Assembly (NCBI RefSeq): GCF_009834535.1
Contig: NC_045697.1
Location: 13,642,001 to 13,702,000 of the forward strand
From: Camelus ferus
Lineage: Eukaryota
Length of the DNA: 60,000 nucleotides
Direction: 5' to 3'
The notes under the pieces are model-generated. The model had not been told where the DNA came from. It made no database searches and saw only the letters and a list, made by a program, of their open reading frames with translations. How positions within the stretch are numbered: position 1 is the first letter of the stretch; every line of letters starts with the position of its first letter. Positions 38,512 through 52,000 of the stretch are shown here, in pieces. Position numbers and translations under genes: made by a program.

Positions 38512-39551
38512 TCCAGGCATTACCTTAGACTTCAAAACAATTGATCTGGAAAAACATAGACAATCCCTGGGGAATCTGAATTCTTTCGGGGGAAAATCTA
38601 AAGGGTGGGCAGAAGAGTTGATGTTTCTATAGGGCGGGAGAAGGCAAAACAGAAAAATTTTATTTTGTTACAGTTTGCAGAGTTCAATCTTTTTGGTATC
38701 AATATCAGAGGGAACAGCATCTTTTCAGTGTTTATGATAGAATCAAGAGGCAAATTAGAGTTGTAAAAACGATAGTTTCCAAAAACAGCTATTTAACTGG
38801 CAGTGTAATCTGATGAAACCTGTGGACTAAAAATCTGCAGAACCGATAACATTGTCTGGATTTTGGGTTTTGCTTTGTTTCAATATTCTTGAGAATTTTT
38901 AGTAAACAAGAAATGTCTCAGATCCCAGGAGGGATTGGGTGCAAGAAATAAAAATCTCATCATGTAACTTTACTTAAACGTGGACACAGGTAAAGCATCG
39001 ATTTGTAATTTTCTGAAGTTGCCACACACATTTTCCAGCAAAATAAATGTGTCCTTAACCAACCTTTCTTTGTGAGCACTAGATAACTGAACAAGTGGAG
39101 GGAAGAAATGAAGGAAAAACGAAGACATTATTGATGGATTCTCTCTGGACTACAGTGGTCAACACAAGGGCGGGATCAGAGTTACAATAGAGAGTCATGG
39201 CTTACGTGCACAGTCATGGACTGTATAGCATCTCTGTCCACACAGCCAGGGTTCAAAGGAAAGTCAGAACTGAACGTGCATTTATATCTGACTCCTGAAT
39301 TATGAAGTTAAAAAGATACAGATAACATCCTTTTAGAAATATTAAACATTTTTCATTGTCAGCATTTAGCATTACTGAATGTAGGTAAACGTTTTTTAAA
39401 AAGAAGCTTTCAACCTAGAAAGAATCATTTTGTCAGAATTTACAGCAGCCAGTGATGTTTGCACCTGGGGCTTAAGATGTCCTCATTCTAAAAATTTCCT
39501 CCTAAGGCGGGGTGCCAGTGGTCACCACAGGTTTATTAAAAAGTCAATGCC

Positions 39552-41086
39552 TTCTGGATACAAGCCCAGGAGTGGGATTCCTGGGTCATATGGTAAGTCT
39601 ATTCCTAGTCTTTTGAGGAATCTCCACACTGTTTTCCATAGTGGCTGCACCAAACTGCATTCCCACCAGCAGTGTAGGAGGGTTCCCCTTTCTCCACAGC
39701 CTCTCCAGCATTTGTCATTTGTGGACTTTTGAATGACGGCCATTCTGACTGGTGTGAGGTGATACCTCGTTGTAGTTTTGATTTGCATTTCTCTGATAAT
39801 TAGTGATATTGAGCATTTTTTCATGTGCTTTTTGATCATTTGTATGTCTTCCTTGGAGAATTGCTTGTTTAGGTCTTCTGACCATTTTTGGATTGGGTTG
39901 TTTATTTTTTTGTTATTGAGTTGTATGAGCTGCTTATATATTCTGGAGATCAAGCCTTTGTCAGTTTCACTTGCAAAAATTTTCTCCCATTCCGTAGGTT
40001 TTCTTCTTGTTTTACTTCTGGTTTCCTTTGCTGTGCAGAAGCTTGTAAGTTTCATTAGGTCCCATTTGTTTATTCTTGCTTTTATTTCTTCTAGGAGAAA
40101 GTTTTTGAAATGTATGTCAGATAATGTTTTGCCTATGTTTTCCTCTAGGAGGTTTATTGTATCTTGTCTTATGTTTAAGTCTTTAATCCATTTTGAGTTG
40201 ATTTTTGTATATGGTGTAAGGGAGTGTTCTAGCTTCATTGATTTATGTGCTTCTGTCCAGTTTTCCCAACACCATTTGCTGAAGAGACTGTCTTTATTCC
40301 ATTGTATATTCTTGCCTCCTTTGTCGAAGATGAGTTGACCAAAAGTTTGTGGGTTCATTTCTGGGCTCTCTATTCTGTTCCATTGGTCTATATGTCTGTT
40401 TTGGTACCAATACCATGCTGTCTTGATGACTGTAGCTCTATAGTATTGTCTGAAGTCTGGGAGAGTTATTCCTCCAGCCTCTTTCTTTCTCTACTTCAGG
40501 ATGACACCTGCACCCCAATGTTCATAGCAGCACTATTTACAATAGCCAAAACATGGAAACAGCCTAAATGTCCATTAACAGGTGACTGGATAAAGAAGAT
40601 GTGGTATATTTATACAATGGAATACTACTCAGCCATAAAAACCGACAACATAATGCCATTTGCAGCAACATGGATGCTCCTGGAGAATGTCATTCTAAAT
40701 GAAGTAAGCCAGAAAGAGAAAGAAAAGTACCATATGAGATCGCTCATATGTGGAATCTAAAAAACAAAAACAAACAAACAAACAAAAACAAAGCGTAAAT
40801 ACAGGACAGACATAGACTCACAGACAGAGAATACAGACTTGTGGTTACCAGGGGGGTGGAGGGTGGGAAGGGATAGACTGGGATTTCAAAATTGTAGAAT
40901 AGATAAACAAGATTACACTGTATAGCACAGGGAAATATACACAAAATTTTATGATAACTCACAGAGAAAAAAATGTGACAATGAGTGTGTATATGTCCAT
41001 GAATGACTGAAAAATTGTGCTGAACACTGGAATTTGACACAACATTGTAAAATGATTATAAATCAATAAAAAATGTTAAAAAAAAA
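39552..41086 (+). mobile_element. 5'-truncated, 5'-inverted young LINE-1 (same family as 6027-13140)
   Basis: 39550-40492 is the reverse complement of 11602-12544; 40490-41090 matches 12548-13140 in sense; AATAAA 41065-41070, poly(A); TSD aaaaagtcaatgcc at 39538-39551 and 41087-41100 at a TT/AAAA site. Confidence 0.97.
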
Positions 41087-43114
41087 AAAAAGTCAATGCC
41101 AACCTACATGTGTGTGTTCTAGATTTTTCCTGGTGTGTAATACTAAATTTTTTTGATAAATGAATACATGAATAGGTAAGATTGACATATATGTTCCAGC
41201 ACACTTTTTATACATCATGGGCTCTAGAAGTTTCTCTGTGCAGCAGAAAAGGCCACTTTCCTAACTGTTGCCCGTTGTTATGAAAGTATGTCCTTCCTTT
41301 AGTGCATTTGCTATCTTCTACCCTCCTGACATTGAAGATATCTTTTACCTTTTTTCTGTTTGTTTTCCTAAAGCAATGATACTAATTTAAATTACCTGCC
41401 ACTTATAAAGGAGATTTCTTACTTTTAACTAAAAAGAAACCTGTCACCATGGTGATGCTATTTATGTGAGGGGAAACGGAGTTCAGGTGAGGAGGATGTC
41501 ACAGATCATCAGTCTCTCCGAGGACTGCCCATTCTCTGCACTGCGGTTGCAGGAAGACAGAGTCCAGCTTCTCCAGGGCAACCCAGAAACTGCTCCTCAG
41601 ACCTGGTGCCCTCAAGTTACACTGAACACTGCGTGTCCCGTCCCCACCCCAGTGACTTCCACAGCACTTCCTGTGGACAAGTTTTATGGTTCCTGCAGGA
41701 CTAGAAAATTGTCGACAGTGGCCCCTGGCTCTGGTCAGTCCCAGCATGTGATCCAAAGGTCCTGGGATTGATCGAAGTGATCAGGCTCCAGGAAGAGCGG
41801 GGGGAGTTTGGCATTCATTGTTGTTACTGCACAACCAACAGGCTGTGATGCAGCGTGGGCGGCAGCAAAGCCAGGAGGACTCCGTGTTCCTCCCTGTCCT
41901 TTAACTTCTGCTAGACTCCCTACCCCAGATCTCTTTAATCCGAGAATCAGAGCCATCCCTCTGGTTTAAAAAGCCCGCACCTCCTAGGGCGAAGGGCAAA
42001 GTAATTCTGTCAGCTTTGCTTATGAATACTCCTTTGAAATGGGCATTTTAGACTAATGGTAATAGCAGTATCTCCAATGTGTCAAAACTGGTTACTTTTC
42101 TTATCCAGTGAGATACTAGAAGCTCGAGTCATCAGCTTAACTGGCGCTGACTTCCCGCACTTCGTGGCCCAGCCGACGTGGACACTTACCATGCACCTTA
42201 GATCCTAGTTTTGGTAAGAAAACTCTCATGCTGTTCTTCTTTGATTTTATTTCTATTTCTAAATGAGAACAAATTATGTTTACAAAAAGCAGTTTAATAA
42301 GTATTTGGAGTATAAACATAAGCTGAACTCTAAAAACAAAATGACAGTAGGGTTACTCCTGCAAGAAAACAAGCCCAAAGATGTCTAAAGTAAATAAAAT
42401 GATGGGAAAAAGAGCAAAACGGATTTCATTGGGATCCAAACCCATTAAAGAATAGTCACACCTGAATATGTGATTAACCTCAAATGTTTGAGTCACAGAC
42501 CCCTCTGTTTCAGAAAATGCCTAAAACAAATGTTCCAGTCGGGAGAGCTCAGAGCCTTATCAGACACATATTATTAATTCAATCCAATCTGGGAAAAAAA
42601 AATTAACGAATATCTACTATGTGCCAGTCTCAGAAAATGTTAGAAAGATGACTAAGCTCCGTAATACGATGACACATATCAAATCTGTTTTATTCACGAG
42701 TTCCCAGCACAATAACTGGCTTATCAATCGTAGATACATATTTATTTATATGAAGGAATGGAATCATCCCCTCTTTTTCTGGGACTAAAAGTATAGTCAT
42801 CATGGGTGACTTGTACTTGTTCGACACACCCCTGGGAGGTAAGCAGGAAATATATCATTAATCTTGGCTACCTGGTGAAGCCCCTCATTATTAGGTTAAG
42901 CAATATACCCAAAGTCAGGCAGCAAAGTAGAAGCAAAATGGGGAGTACTCTTTCCCCTCCACCATGATGCCTGGGTCCACACTCATCTCCATGGTTCCTT
43001 TTCCACTCATGCGGTGGGAAGTGCAATCATCAGCATTGCCCTTTCCTTGATTCACATGGAGATACTTCATTCAGAACGTAAGCTTCCCAGACCATCAGGC
43101 TTTGCAGACAGAAA

Positions 43115-43345
43115 CTGACATTTGTTGAGTTCTGGTCACGTGACATGCGCTGTGCTAGGTTTCACACATTAGCTTATTTAACCTTATCTAATTATTCTCT
43201 AACATAGGCATCATTTCCCATTTTAGGTCATTAGATATGGAAAAATTAAATAATCTGCCCAGGGTCAGAGAGTTGGTAAGTGGTTGAGCTAGGATTTCCA
43301 CAATCTTGGTCTTATTTCAAAGCCCATTGTCTTTAGTACACATTG
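43115..43345 (-). mobile_element. MIR SINE
   Basis: catttgttgag...ctgtgctaggtttcacacatt...tctgcccagggtcagagagttggtaagtggttgagctaggattt. Confidence 0.7.
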
Positions 43346-44503
43346 ACTCCAAAAAGGAAAATTAGCTTCTCTTCACCAAGTGTCTGGGGACTCCATCCTA
43401 AGAAATAACTAAACAAGCTTGCAGTGGACCTCCCTAACAAGAAGTAACCCTGGTTTCCTTTGATCAGAAGGAATGCTTCAGAACTGCATGGTGTTTACAA
43501 TGCCTTGCTCCAGGAATTGCTTTCTTTCCACTGAGATGTGAAACCACAAACTAGCTGCTTTGGGTAATTAAAGATCCTTTACATGAACTGAATGTGTCAA
43601 CAGCAAATGTCCTGGGTAAATTTCAAGTAAGTAATTACATTCTGCCAATCTGAGATGCCTTTCTAATTTCATTCCCTTAACATATCCACTTACTATACCT
43701 TTTACTGTGGCTGTAGATAATTCTAAAATAACCAGGACCACACAGTCCGTTGTTCCAAATAGGAAGGAGAAAATGGACTTTCATTTGAGCAGTGTGTCAA
43801 GTTCTTCTATATCTGGATTGAAGCCAATATATAAATATTGGGAGTTCATTTTTCCCCTTACATATCAGGTTTCTGATGGCTAAATCAAGTATCAGGAATA
43901 AAAGCTGATTATCTCTTCTTTTTCTATCTCACCCTTACCCGCTATAGTGTGGGTAAATCAATTTATTCATATTATAAGAACTCTGCACTCCTTGGAGAAA
44001 AAAAATATTGAAATATTACATTTATAGCTACAGACAACCTAATACCCGAGATATTTTTAAAGAGCTCAACTCTAGAAAATAAAGTGTCATCCTAAAATCC
44101 ATCACACATGCTTTATTATAACAAGCCATGTTATGCCCCAAAGGGGAAAAAAATCTCAACAGCGAGCCATAATTTGCAAGATATTTTTCTCATAGGACTT
44201 AGCAGGGAGGATTTCCCTGCAGTAGATCATTTTTAAATTTACTGGCAAATCAGTTGGCTAAGTAAATATTACAAATAGAAAAAACATAATATTCCATAAA
44301 TTAATATTTCAAGCAAAAGCCCTCAAAGAATTTGCGTTCATAACTAATCCTTCTCACTCAAGAATATGGTATATAATCAAGCAATTTGTAAACTAATGTC
44401 TAGCTAATAATTCTGTAATTGCTATGAAAGCAAATGAACCAATTGTTAATCCTATCTAAAAGCACTCGAAGTGGTTTTATAAGAGGTCTCTCACACCCGG
44501 CTA

Positions 44504-44559
44504 ACACACCCACCACACACACACACACACACACACATACTCACACACTCACACTCACA
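44504..44559. repeat. Imperfect (CA)n microsatellite
   Basis: Directly visible. Confidence 0.9.
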
Positions 44560-45289
44560 TATTGTTGATCTCATGATCTCATTTTCAAAAGTAGTTTTAT
44601 AGCTGTGCCTCAGAATTTTGAGTAACATAAAAGTAGAAAAATTGGCATAGAAATATATGTCCGTTTCCATTTTTATAAAGCCTGAATGCTTCTTATTTCT
44701 TTGATTCCATGAAAATTATACAACATTTTTCAAACTGTCAAAAGAAAGTCATAAAACAGGATCACTAACTACCAAAAATTGGCTCTTTTCTCCAAGTCAA
44801 GTGTACCAATTTCTCATACTGGCCACATAGAAATCCATAATGCTTAAACTTAGTAAGAGGTCCAGAGGCCACAGCCGCATTCTAGTTAAAAGAAATAGGG
44901 AATTGTTGCATTATGAGTTTCTCATTCCTCAGGAATGAAGGATGGCAAGTGGCTGAAAAGCATCCCCAGATTCAATCATGGAAGCATTTCCAGTGATTCT
45001 TTAATTCTTCTTCCCTTTTTGGATGTCTCTAAACCTGGAACTTAGCCAGAATTATACCAAAGTTCTAAGACATAATTGCCAGATAAACAGTTTAGCAACA
45101 TAGTTTAAGAGTGAGTGTGTGTGTGTGTGTGTACTGGTGAATTAGCTGGGAAGATGCCTGGATTCTGAGCAGTCCTCAGTCTTTAGTTTGTGGAGGTAAA
45201 ATGCAGGAAGTTACAGACTTAAATCAAAGGTGAAGCTAGAATCCAAGCCTATAGACTCCTAAGTCAGCTCTTTGGTTTATCCATGTTCT

Positions 45290-45887
45290 TGTTAGAGGAA
45301 AATGTGGGGCCAGAGGATGGCTGTGTCCCAGGTCTCGGTTGAATCCCTGTGATGCATTCTGCGTAGAGTGGGTCCTCGAATTCACACAGGAAAGAATTCA
45401 AAAGCGAGCCACAGTTGAGTAAAGGTAGATTTATTCAGAGAGATACATACTCCATAGACAGACTGTAGGCTGCCTCAGAGGCCAAAGAGGCCATGAGGTG
45501 GGCAAGTTAGGTGCTCAGTTTTAAGTAAAAGTAGATACACGCTCCACAGACAAGAGGTGCGGTCAGTTCTACTCAGAAGGGAGAGTGACCACGAGGTGTA
45601 AAGATTGTTAGATTTTATTGGCTCCGTAGCTTCATATGGTAACAAGTGGGAGGGTTATTCCAACCACTTTGGGGAAGGGGCTGGGATTCCCAGGAAATGG
45701 GCCATCACTCACCCTTTGACCTCTTAAGGTCAGACTTAAAACTGTCCTGGCACCTGTGGGAGTACCATTTAACATGCTATTGTATTTCAATATTGAAGCT
45801 CTGGGCATTGAATCTTCCACCATCTTGGTGCTCATTGCTGTGTCATTGTGTTAATGGCTGTGCCATGCCCCCTTCCCTGCTGTCTCA
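45290..45887 (-). mobile_element. ERV1-type solo LTR (~600 bp)
   Basis: TG...CA termini (tgttag...tgtctca), minus-strand AATAAA near 45430, gaaagaattcaaaagcgagcc motif typical of ERV1/MER41-like LTRs; no clean TSD seen. Confidence 0.75.
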
Positions 45888-47799
45888 CTACTCTATACTA
45901 AATTATTTCCTTCTTTTGCTTGCCTACAAAATATGAACTCCTGGGTCACACAACTAGCCTCTCTAGTATTAACCCTCTCTGTAAAATCTAGCTTGGTCAT
46001 AATCTTTTGAGAAAAATATCCTCAATGAACGTTTAATGAATTACCCTCAATTCTTTGTCCAGCATTACGAAGCCAATCCCAACCTAACTTTCTCACTCTA
46101 TCTTTCACTGCTTCCCAACGTTAACCCTATATCTCTGGCCCTGATCTCATCTTATAAAAAGCAACATAGAGCTCCTGTCTCCTTTAGGAAATTAAGTTTG
46201 GATTTTTCTTCTCCCTGCAAAGGAGGTAATGACAAGGTCATGAGGACTTTTGAGAAGCACTTGCTGTGGGCTCAATCATCCTTTTGTTCGCTGGCCATTC
46301 CTAAGCTGAGAAAAGTCAATAATTTTCTGTTACTGTAAAGATTTTGACAGCTACATAGTCACTGCAAAAATATGCTCCAGGCCTTAAAGTAATCCATCTC
46401 ATTAAAGCCTGACCTCTGACAAAAAAAAATGCCAAGGAGTTAAATATTTTACATGTTTCTCATGGCAAAATGTTACTTCTCCATAAAAGAGCAATCCAGA
46501 GAAGACACTGGAAGATAAAAGAGGTTTTTTTACAGAGTAAGGGAAATCAATACTCATAAGACGATCATGATTACTTGGGAAGATATATAAAATGTCCAAT
46601 AAATTGTCCACAAATGCTTTTAGATGACCATATAATAGGAAGAACTGAATTCACATGATATCTTGTTTTCCTATCAGTGAAGCAGAAGCAATGATAGATA
46701 TAAATGTGATTTTTTCCCCCAGTGGCATGAATCTTTTTTTTATTGAAATTGGCTGTGATTTTAGAAGAAGTAATAGGAGCAGGAGTATTCTTGGATTGCT
46801 GCTTATTTTAGGAGAAGGCAAATAGGAAACACGAGCATCTACTCAATGCTTATTTAGTCCTACATACTTTGCAAGCTTTATCTTCATTCTCATTCTTCAG
46901 AGGATGGCGCTAATAATCCTCTCGCAGAAGATGATGCTAAGAGAGATTAAACATCTTGTTCAATGTTAGCAGAAATCATAAAGGAACAAACGAGAACATA
47001 AGCCCTGTTGTACTACTCCACTATCTATACATACACTTTTCAAACATCAAAGGAGCTAGAAATGGAAGAATAAGAAATTTAAAAGTTTCTAGAATGTTCA
47101 GTCTAATATTTATCAACTAAAATTCACACACACACATTGCACGTCATGTTTCAATATTAGCATACAGTGGGGAAGCAGCACACACTTCTCAAAAAGATAA
47201 TCTACTAGAGCATCTTCAGACCCCAGATTTCAGATTAATAATTTTATGGCAAACTTTTATGCCAAAAATGATACTATCCCTCCCATTCTTTGAATCTGAC
47301 ACAGAGTTTCTCAGAAGATGTTTCATCCTATGACTTAGGGGCTTTATTATTTAAATCCAGACTCAGTACATGTTAAGGTTCAGAAATCTTCAAGCTACTC
47401 CATATCCAGGGATTTGGAAAAAAGGAAAGGTTATTCGAACTTAGTTCATTTTGGTTTCAGGACAAAAGAGACGTGTATTAAATTTATCCCCATGAGCTGG
47501 GAAAGAGACACAATGAGCCAATTAAGAGACTAAGACGAGTGGCGGGTTTGCATTGGGTCCTTGTATAATTGATTGCAATATCTTCCATAAGGGGAAGAAT
47601 GGCTTACACTAGGTAAAGTTTCCACCACTCTCCTACCTAGTGACTCTGGTTGACAAGTTTAATCAATTGATAATAACATGCTTTTCTTAGAAACAAATGC
47701 ATAGCCTCTGAATTGTTATCAAATTCTTATCAAATATTTTACTACTCTCAGTAGTAAATATCATCAGTATCACTTCAAGAAAATATCACCAGTGAATAA

Positions 47800-48540
47800 T
47801 TTAAGATGGCATCTGCATCACTTAGACCTCAGGTCTGTATGTAACAGAAACCTCAAATAAAGGTGATTTATTGTACAGTATAAATGAAGTCCAGAAATAG
47901 ACAGATCAGGGCTTGTATTATGGCTCCACAAAGTCTTTAGGACCCAGGACCTTTCTCTGCAAACTTTAGTATTAAATTCCATATTCAAATTCACCTTATT
48001 GTTCAAGTTTAAACCATCTTGTCATCATGCAACAGCTACAGTTTTATTAGAGACACCAAAACCAATATAAGTGATATAAAGAGATTTATTGTATGGATTA
48101 GACATTGTGCAGTTGTGGGAGCTGGTTAAGTACTCCATGAAGGCCCACTGCCCCTGCATACAATGTTGGAGTCAAGCAGAGATCACAGTCAAGAAGGGAA
48201 GATGGATGAGAAGTGGGAAAAAGCAGAACCAAACTAGAATGCATGAGAACAAGCTGAAATCCACGAAGATACACTGTAACCTTCATCAGTTTCTTACAAC
48301 CTCCAAGAATCCAACTTTAATCCTGCCGGTGACCTGAGAAGACCTAGGACACTTTGTCATGGAACTCTACAGAAGCCTGTTAAGACATAGCAGGATTTAA
48401 GGAAAATAAAAAAATTCAGCTGCTGTTCCCCGGGGCACCTATGGCTGCTGGGATTTAAACCATCATATCAACATTCTACGTAGTAAGAAGGAAGATGTAT
48501 GGCCCATCTGAATCAGCTCCTTTCTTAAAATCTTTTTAGC
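47800..48540. mobile_element. Old MLT1-like LTR with a nested MLT2/ERVL-like fragment (~48040-48420)
   Basis: tgtaacagaaacctcaaat...ggacccagg; aagagatttattgtatggattagac...ttgtgggagctgg. Confidence 0.45.
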
Positions 48541-48541
48541 A

Positions 48542-48716
48542 GCTTGTGTTGTTAACCATAAACGCAACGTAGTGCATCATGTCTCTAGAACTTTCTCATC
48601 TTTCATGACAGAAGTTGTATAACCATTCCCTGAACGGAAACTCCCCATTTCACTCTTCCTTTCAGCCCATGGAAACCACCACTCTGCTTTCTGTTTATGT
48701 AAGTCTCACTCGTTAA
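48542..48716 (-). mobile_element. L1MA-like 3'UTR fragment
   Basis: tgttgttaaccata...tctctagaactttctcatctt...cagcccatggaaaccaccactctgctttctgttt. Confidence 0.7.
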
Positions 48717-50297
48717 ATGAGCTCCCCCAGCTCTAGGTATGCTGCCCCCCAAGTATTTTCCACACTGCAACCAGAGTAATTTATAGCAGTGCAAATCTCA
48801 TCATCTGTCCCCATGTGAAGTACACAGGAAGAGCTCTGAAAAACTTACAAAGCCTTCCCTCTTAGTCCCGTTTACCTTCACAGGCTCTTCGCTCCAGATA
48901 TCTGCTGACAAACAGGGGCCCGCTCACCTTCAGGTTCTTGCTAAAGTAGCTTTTTCTTGTTGGAATATCCTACTCAACTCACTGCACCCCCCCCCCGCCC
49001 CCACCACTCTCAGCTGCTCCTTCTCTATATAAAAATGTGTTCACTCAGTCAACAAGTATCACTGAGTCTCTGATGTGTCAGGCACTATTCCAGCTAGGCA
49101 CGTAGCCAAATCTCTAACTTCCTGCCACCTCACCTTTTCGTTGGAAAGATGGATATTAATCAATTAATTAAACAAACAAATGTAAAATTACAGTGGAGCT
49201 AAAAATTACAAAAAAAGGCATACACAGAACTATGCATTTTTTTACTATGTAGATTTGATCTGGACAGGGACATGCCCCCTAAGGAAGTAATAATGCTTGA
49301 GTTGTGATCTGATGGACCAACATTAATGAGGCAAAAAGCAGTAAAAAAGAGCATTTTATACGTAAGGGCTAACCTTTGGAAATTCCCTGTAATAGGAGGT
49401 AATATGGTGTGCAAATAATATTAAAATTAGGCATTTAGTTTAGTGGTCATGGCCTTAGGGAAACTTTCTAACCATCCAGCTCCACCCACAGGTGGGCTCT
49501 GACAAGCTCCTGTGTCACCCTGAACAGAGCTCTATTGTCGCATTTACAAATACAGTGGACACAGCGTGACTGTTGACATGTCAGTGTCACTCACCACAAT
49601 GTAACTTCTTTTAAGACCAATACCACATGGTCTTCATTGTTACGTGCATAGAGCACACTGCAATGATGATACTGTGAACAAGAAAGGAAAGGGGGAATGA
49701 GGGAAGCAGCCAGGAAGAGAGGAAGGAAGAAAGGTAGGAAGGGAGGGGGTAAAGAGGGAGGCAAGAAAACTGCTCAAACTGTTAAAAAATAAAGAATAGC
49801 CTGACACCCGTCACCCTAAAAGGTGAGAGGAAATACAGGATGTGCATGGAAAGAATTTACCCTGAAGTAAGAGCTGAGTGCATGTGCCCAGTCATGGAGG
49901 CTGATTTAATGGAGATGGAGAGGGCTGCCTTTGAATCCTCATATACCCTAGAACAGCCTCTGGGAGGAAAAGATGAGTAACTGAGTTTGAGTTACTGCAG
50001 GGAGCGGTCAGTGCTTAAATCCTCAAACGAGGGCCTGCTCAGAAGACCTGAGCACTGGGGACTAATTTGCCCAAGAAGGACAAAGTTTAGCATGAGAAAT
50101 TCTTTAGACAAAATCAAAGGCAATAGTAATCAAGGTAGGGTTCCTGTGGCTGAAAAATGAACAGAAAGCTTTGTATCCAAAGAGAAGAATTTTTTTTTCA
50201 AAATGACAGACAACCTTCAACAAAAAGCTTTCTTTGAATAAGTGGAACAATCTAAAATTGCCTACATTTGACCATTTTTTAATCTATAAAAATTAAA

Positions 50298-50392
50298 AAG
50301 AGAAAGAAAAATGCCATATGACCTCATTTATATGAGGAATCTAAATAATAATAACAATAATAATAAAGACACAAATGAACTAATTATTTATA
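50298..50392 (+). mobile_element. Short L1 fragment (ORF2 end / start of 3'UTR)
   Basis: agagaaagaaaaatgccatatgacctcatttatatgaggaatctaaa resembles 12773-12816. Confidence 0.75.
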
Positions 50393-51091
50393 ACTAGGAT
50401 GATTGATTTCTTGATTATGTGTAAGCACACTTGACTGTCCTTTATGATTGGATTACTGAATTCTGTTGATTTTTATTTTGTGATGGGCTTTATTCCTTTG
50501 ATAACTATGTAAGTTTAAAAAGCTAAAGCTCTAATCTGGTCTTAGAAACAATAATTAGTACGTATATGTAAACCAAAAAAAAAAGTATGGTATACTATTT
50601 ATATGTATTTACATGCAAGGTAATGTGCATGTGCAGTCGAACTATAATAATTTCAACTAATAAAACTGAAAAAGAAAAAAAAACAGTTAATTTCGTATAG
50701 TCTAGCTAATCTAATACTACAAAGAACTAAACTAAATAATCCAGAACTCCCTGTACATCTAGGCTATCTCTAACTTCTCTACTTTTTAAATATATTATAT
50801 ACCCCCTGGTAAAGAAGTTTCTGTATCTTCACCAGCTGATAGTGTATGTTGTTCTGGAAAGAGAGAAAAGAAGTCCATTCATTTGCTCTTCATTCGTTTA
50901 TTGAACATCTACTGCTTGATCTCCAAAGGTGCCAGGCATTGTTTCAGGGCTGCAGGAGTAGATAAAGCAGCAGCTCATATGGAAGCAGAACTTTAACAAA
51001 TAAAGAAAAAAATAATAACAAATGTTAACATATTTCTATATTACAAGTGTTAGGAATAAATGGGTAAGACGCAATGAGAGACAATAGGGAG

Positions 51092-51466
51092 TGTTATGGG
51101 TTGAATTATGTCCTCCTCAAATTCGTATGTTGAAGTCCTAGCCCCCAGAATATGTGACTGGATTTGGAGATAGGACCTATAAGCAGGGGATTAAGTTAAA
51201 ATGGGATCCTTAGGGTGGGTCTTAATCCGATATGACTGGTGTCCTTATAAGAGGAAGAGATGAGGACACAGACACACAGAAAGGAAAGACCCTGTGAAGA
51301 CACAGGGAGAAGGCTACAAGCCAAGGAGAGGGCGCTCAGAAGAAACCAACCCTGCCAGCGCCCTGGTCTCAGGCTTCCAGCCTCCAGAACTGTGACAATA
51401 CATTCCTGCTGTTCAAGCCACCTCGTTTGTGGTGCTTTTTTATGCCAGCACGAACAGACTAAAACA
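51092..51466 (+). mobile_element. MLT1A0/MLT1B-like MaLR solo LTR inserted in an L2 fragment
   Basis: tgttatgggttgaattatgtcc...gactggtgtccttataagagg...ccagcctccagaactgtga...gactaaaaca; TG...CA ends. Confidence 0.9.
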
Positions 51467-51769
51467 GGGCCAGGGAGGTGGGTGGAGGTGAGGGCGGGAC
51501 TAGATTCAGCTGTCTCAGGAGGAAAAATTGGTGGGAATTAGGTGGGGCATGGTTAAAGGGGAAAGCAGCACAGACAGTATTACCATGTACATACCAAGGA
51601 GTCAGAAACCTGAAAACCTCTGTCCCCTCTGAGTGGTGGTTGATTCTCTACCTCGGCCACCAGCAGAGAGGCTGCTATGTGGATGTGGCTTTCGTTCATA
51701 GTTTCACGTTATACATACTCTTCATGGTCAGATTTTTAAGATTTCTCACATCGTTTACTACTAACACTG

Positions 51770-52000
51770 ATAATGCCTAATATTTATTGAGTGGTTATTC
51801 AACACTCCCGTGGTATCAACATGTTAAGTGCTCAAAACAGTTCTGTAAGATACTCTTTCATTAATCTTACTTTATAAGTGTGTTACAGACGTGAGGCACA
51901 GGGAGGTCAATGCGTTTCTCAGGTGTGCAGAACAAATATAAGAGAAGGAAAATGAATTTGATGAGTCATTCTTGCTCTAGAACCCATGTTTACACACAGT
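51770..52000 (-). mobile_element. MIR SINE
   Basis: aatatttattgag...gtgaggcacagggaggtcaa...ctctagaacccatg. Confidence 0.55.

Noticed and set aside
39522..40358. 278-aa ORF2-like ORF on the minus strand
   Set aside because: Only the inverted arm of the truncated L1, not an independent gene
40245..40760. 171-aa ORF crossing the inversion junction
   Set aside because: Accidental fusion of antisense ORF2 to the ORF2 C-terminus; no promoter or splice evidence
47734..47761. AT-rich hairpin tttactact-ctc-agtagtaaa
   Set aside because: Short, AT-rich and expected by chance in 60 kb
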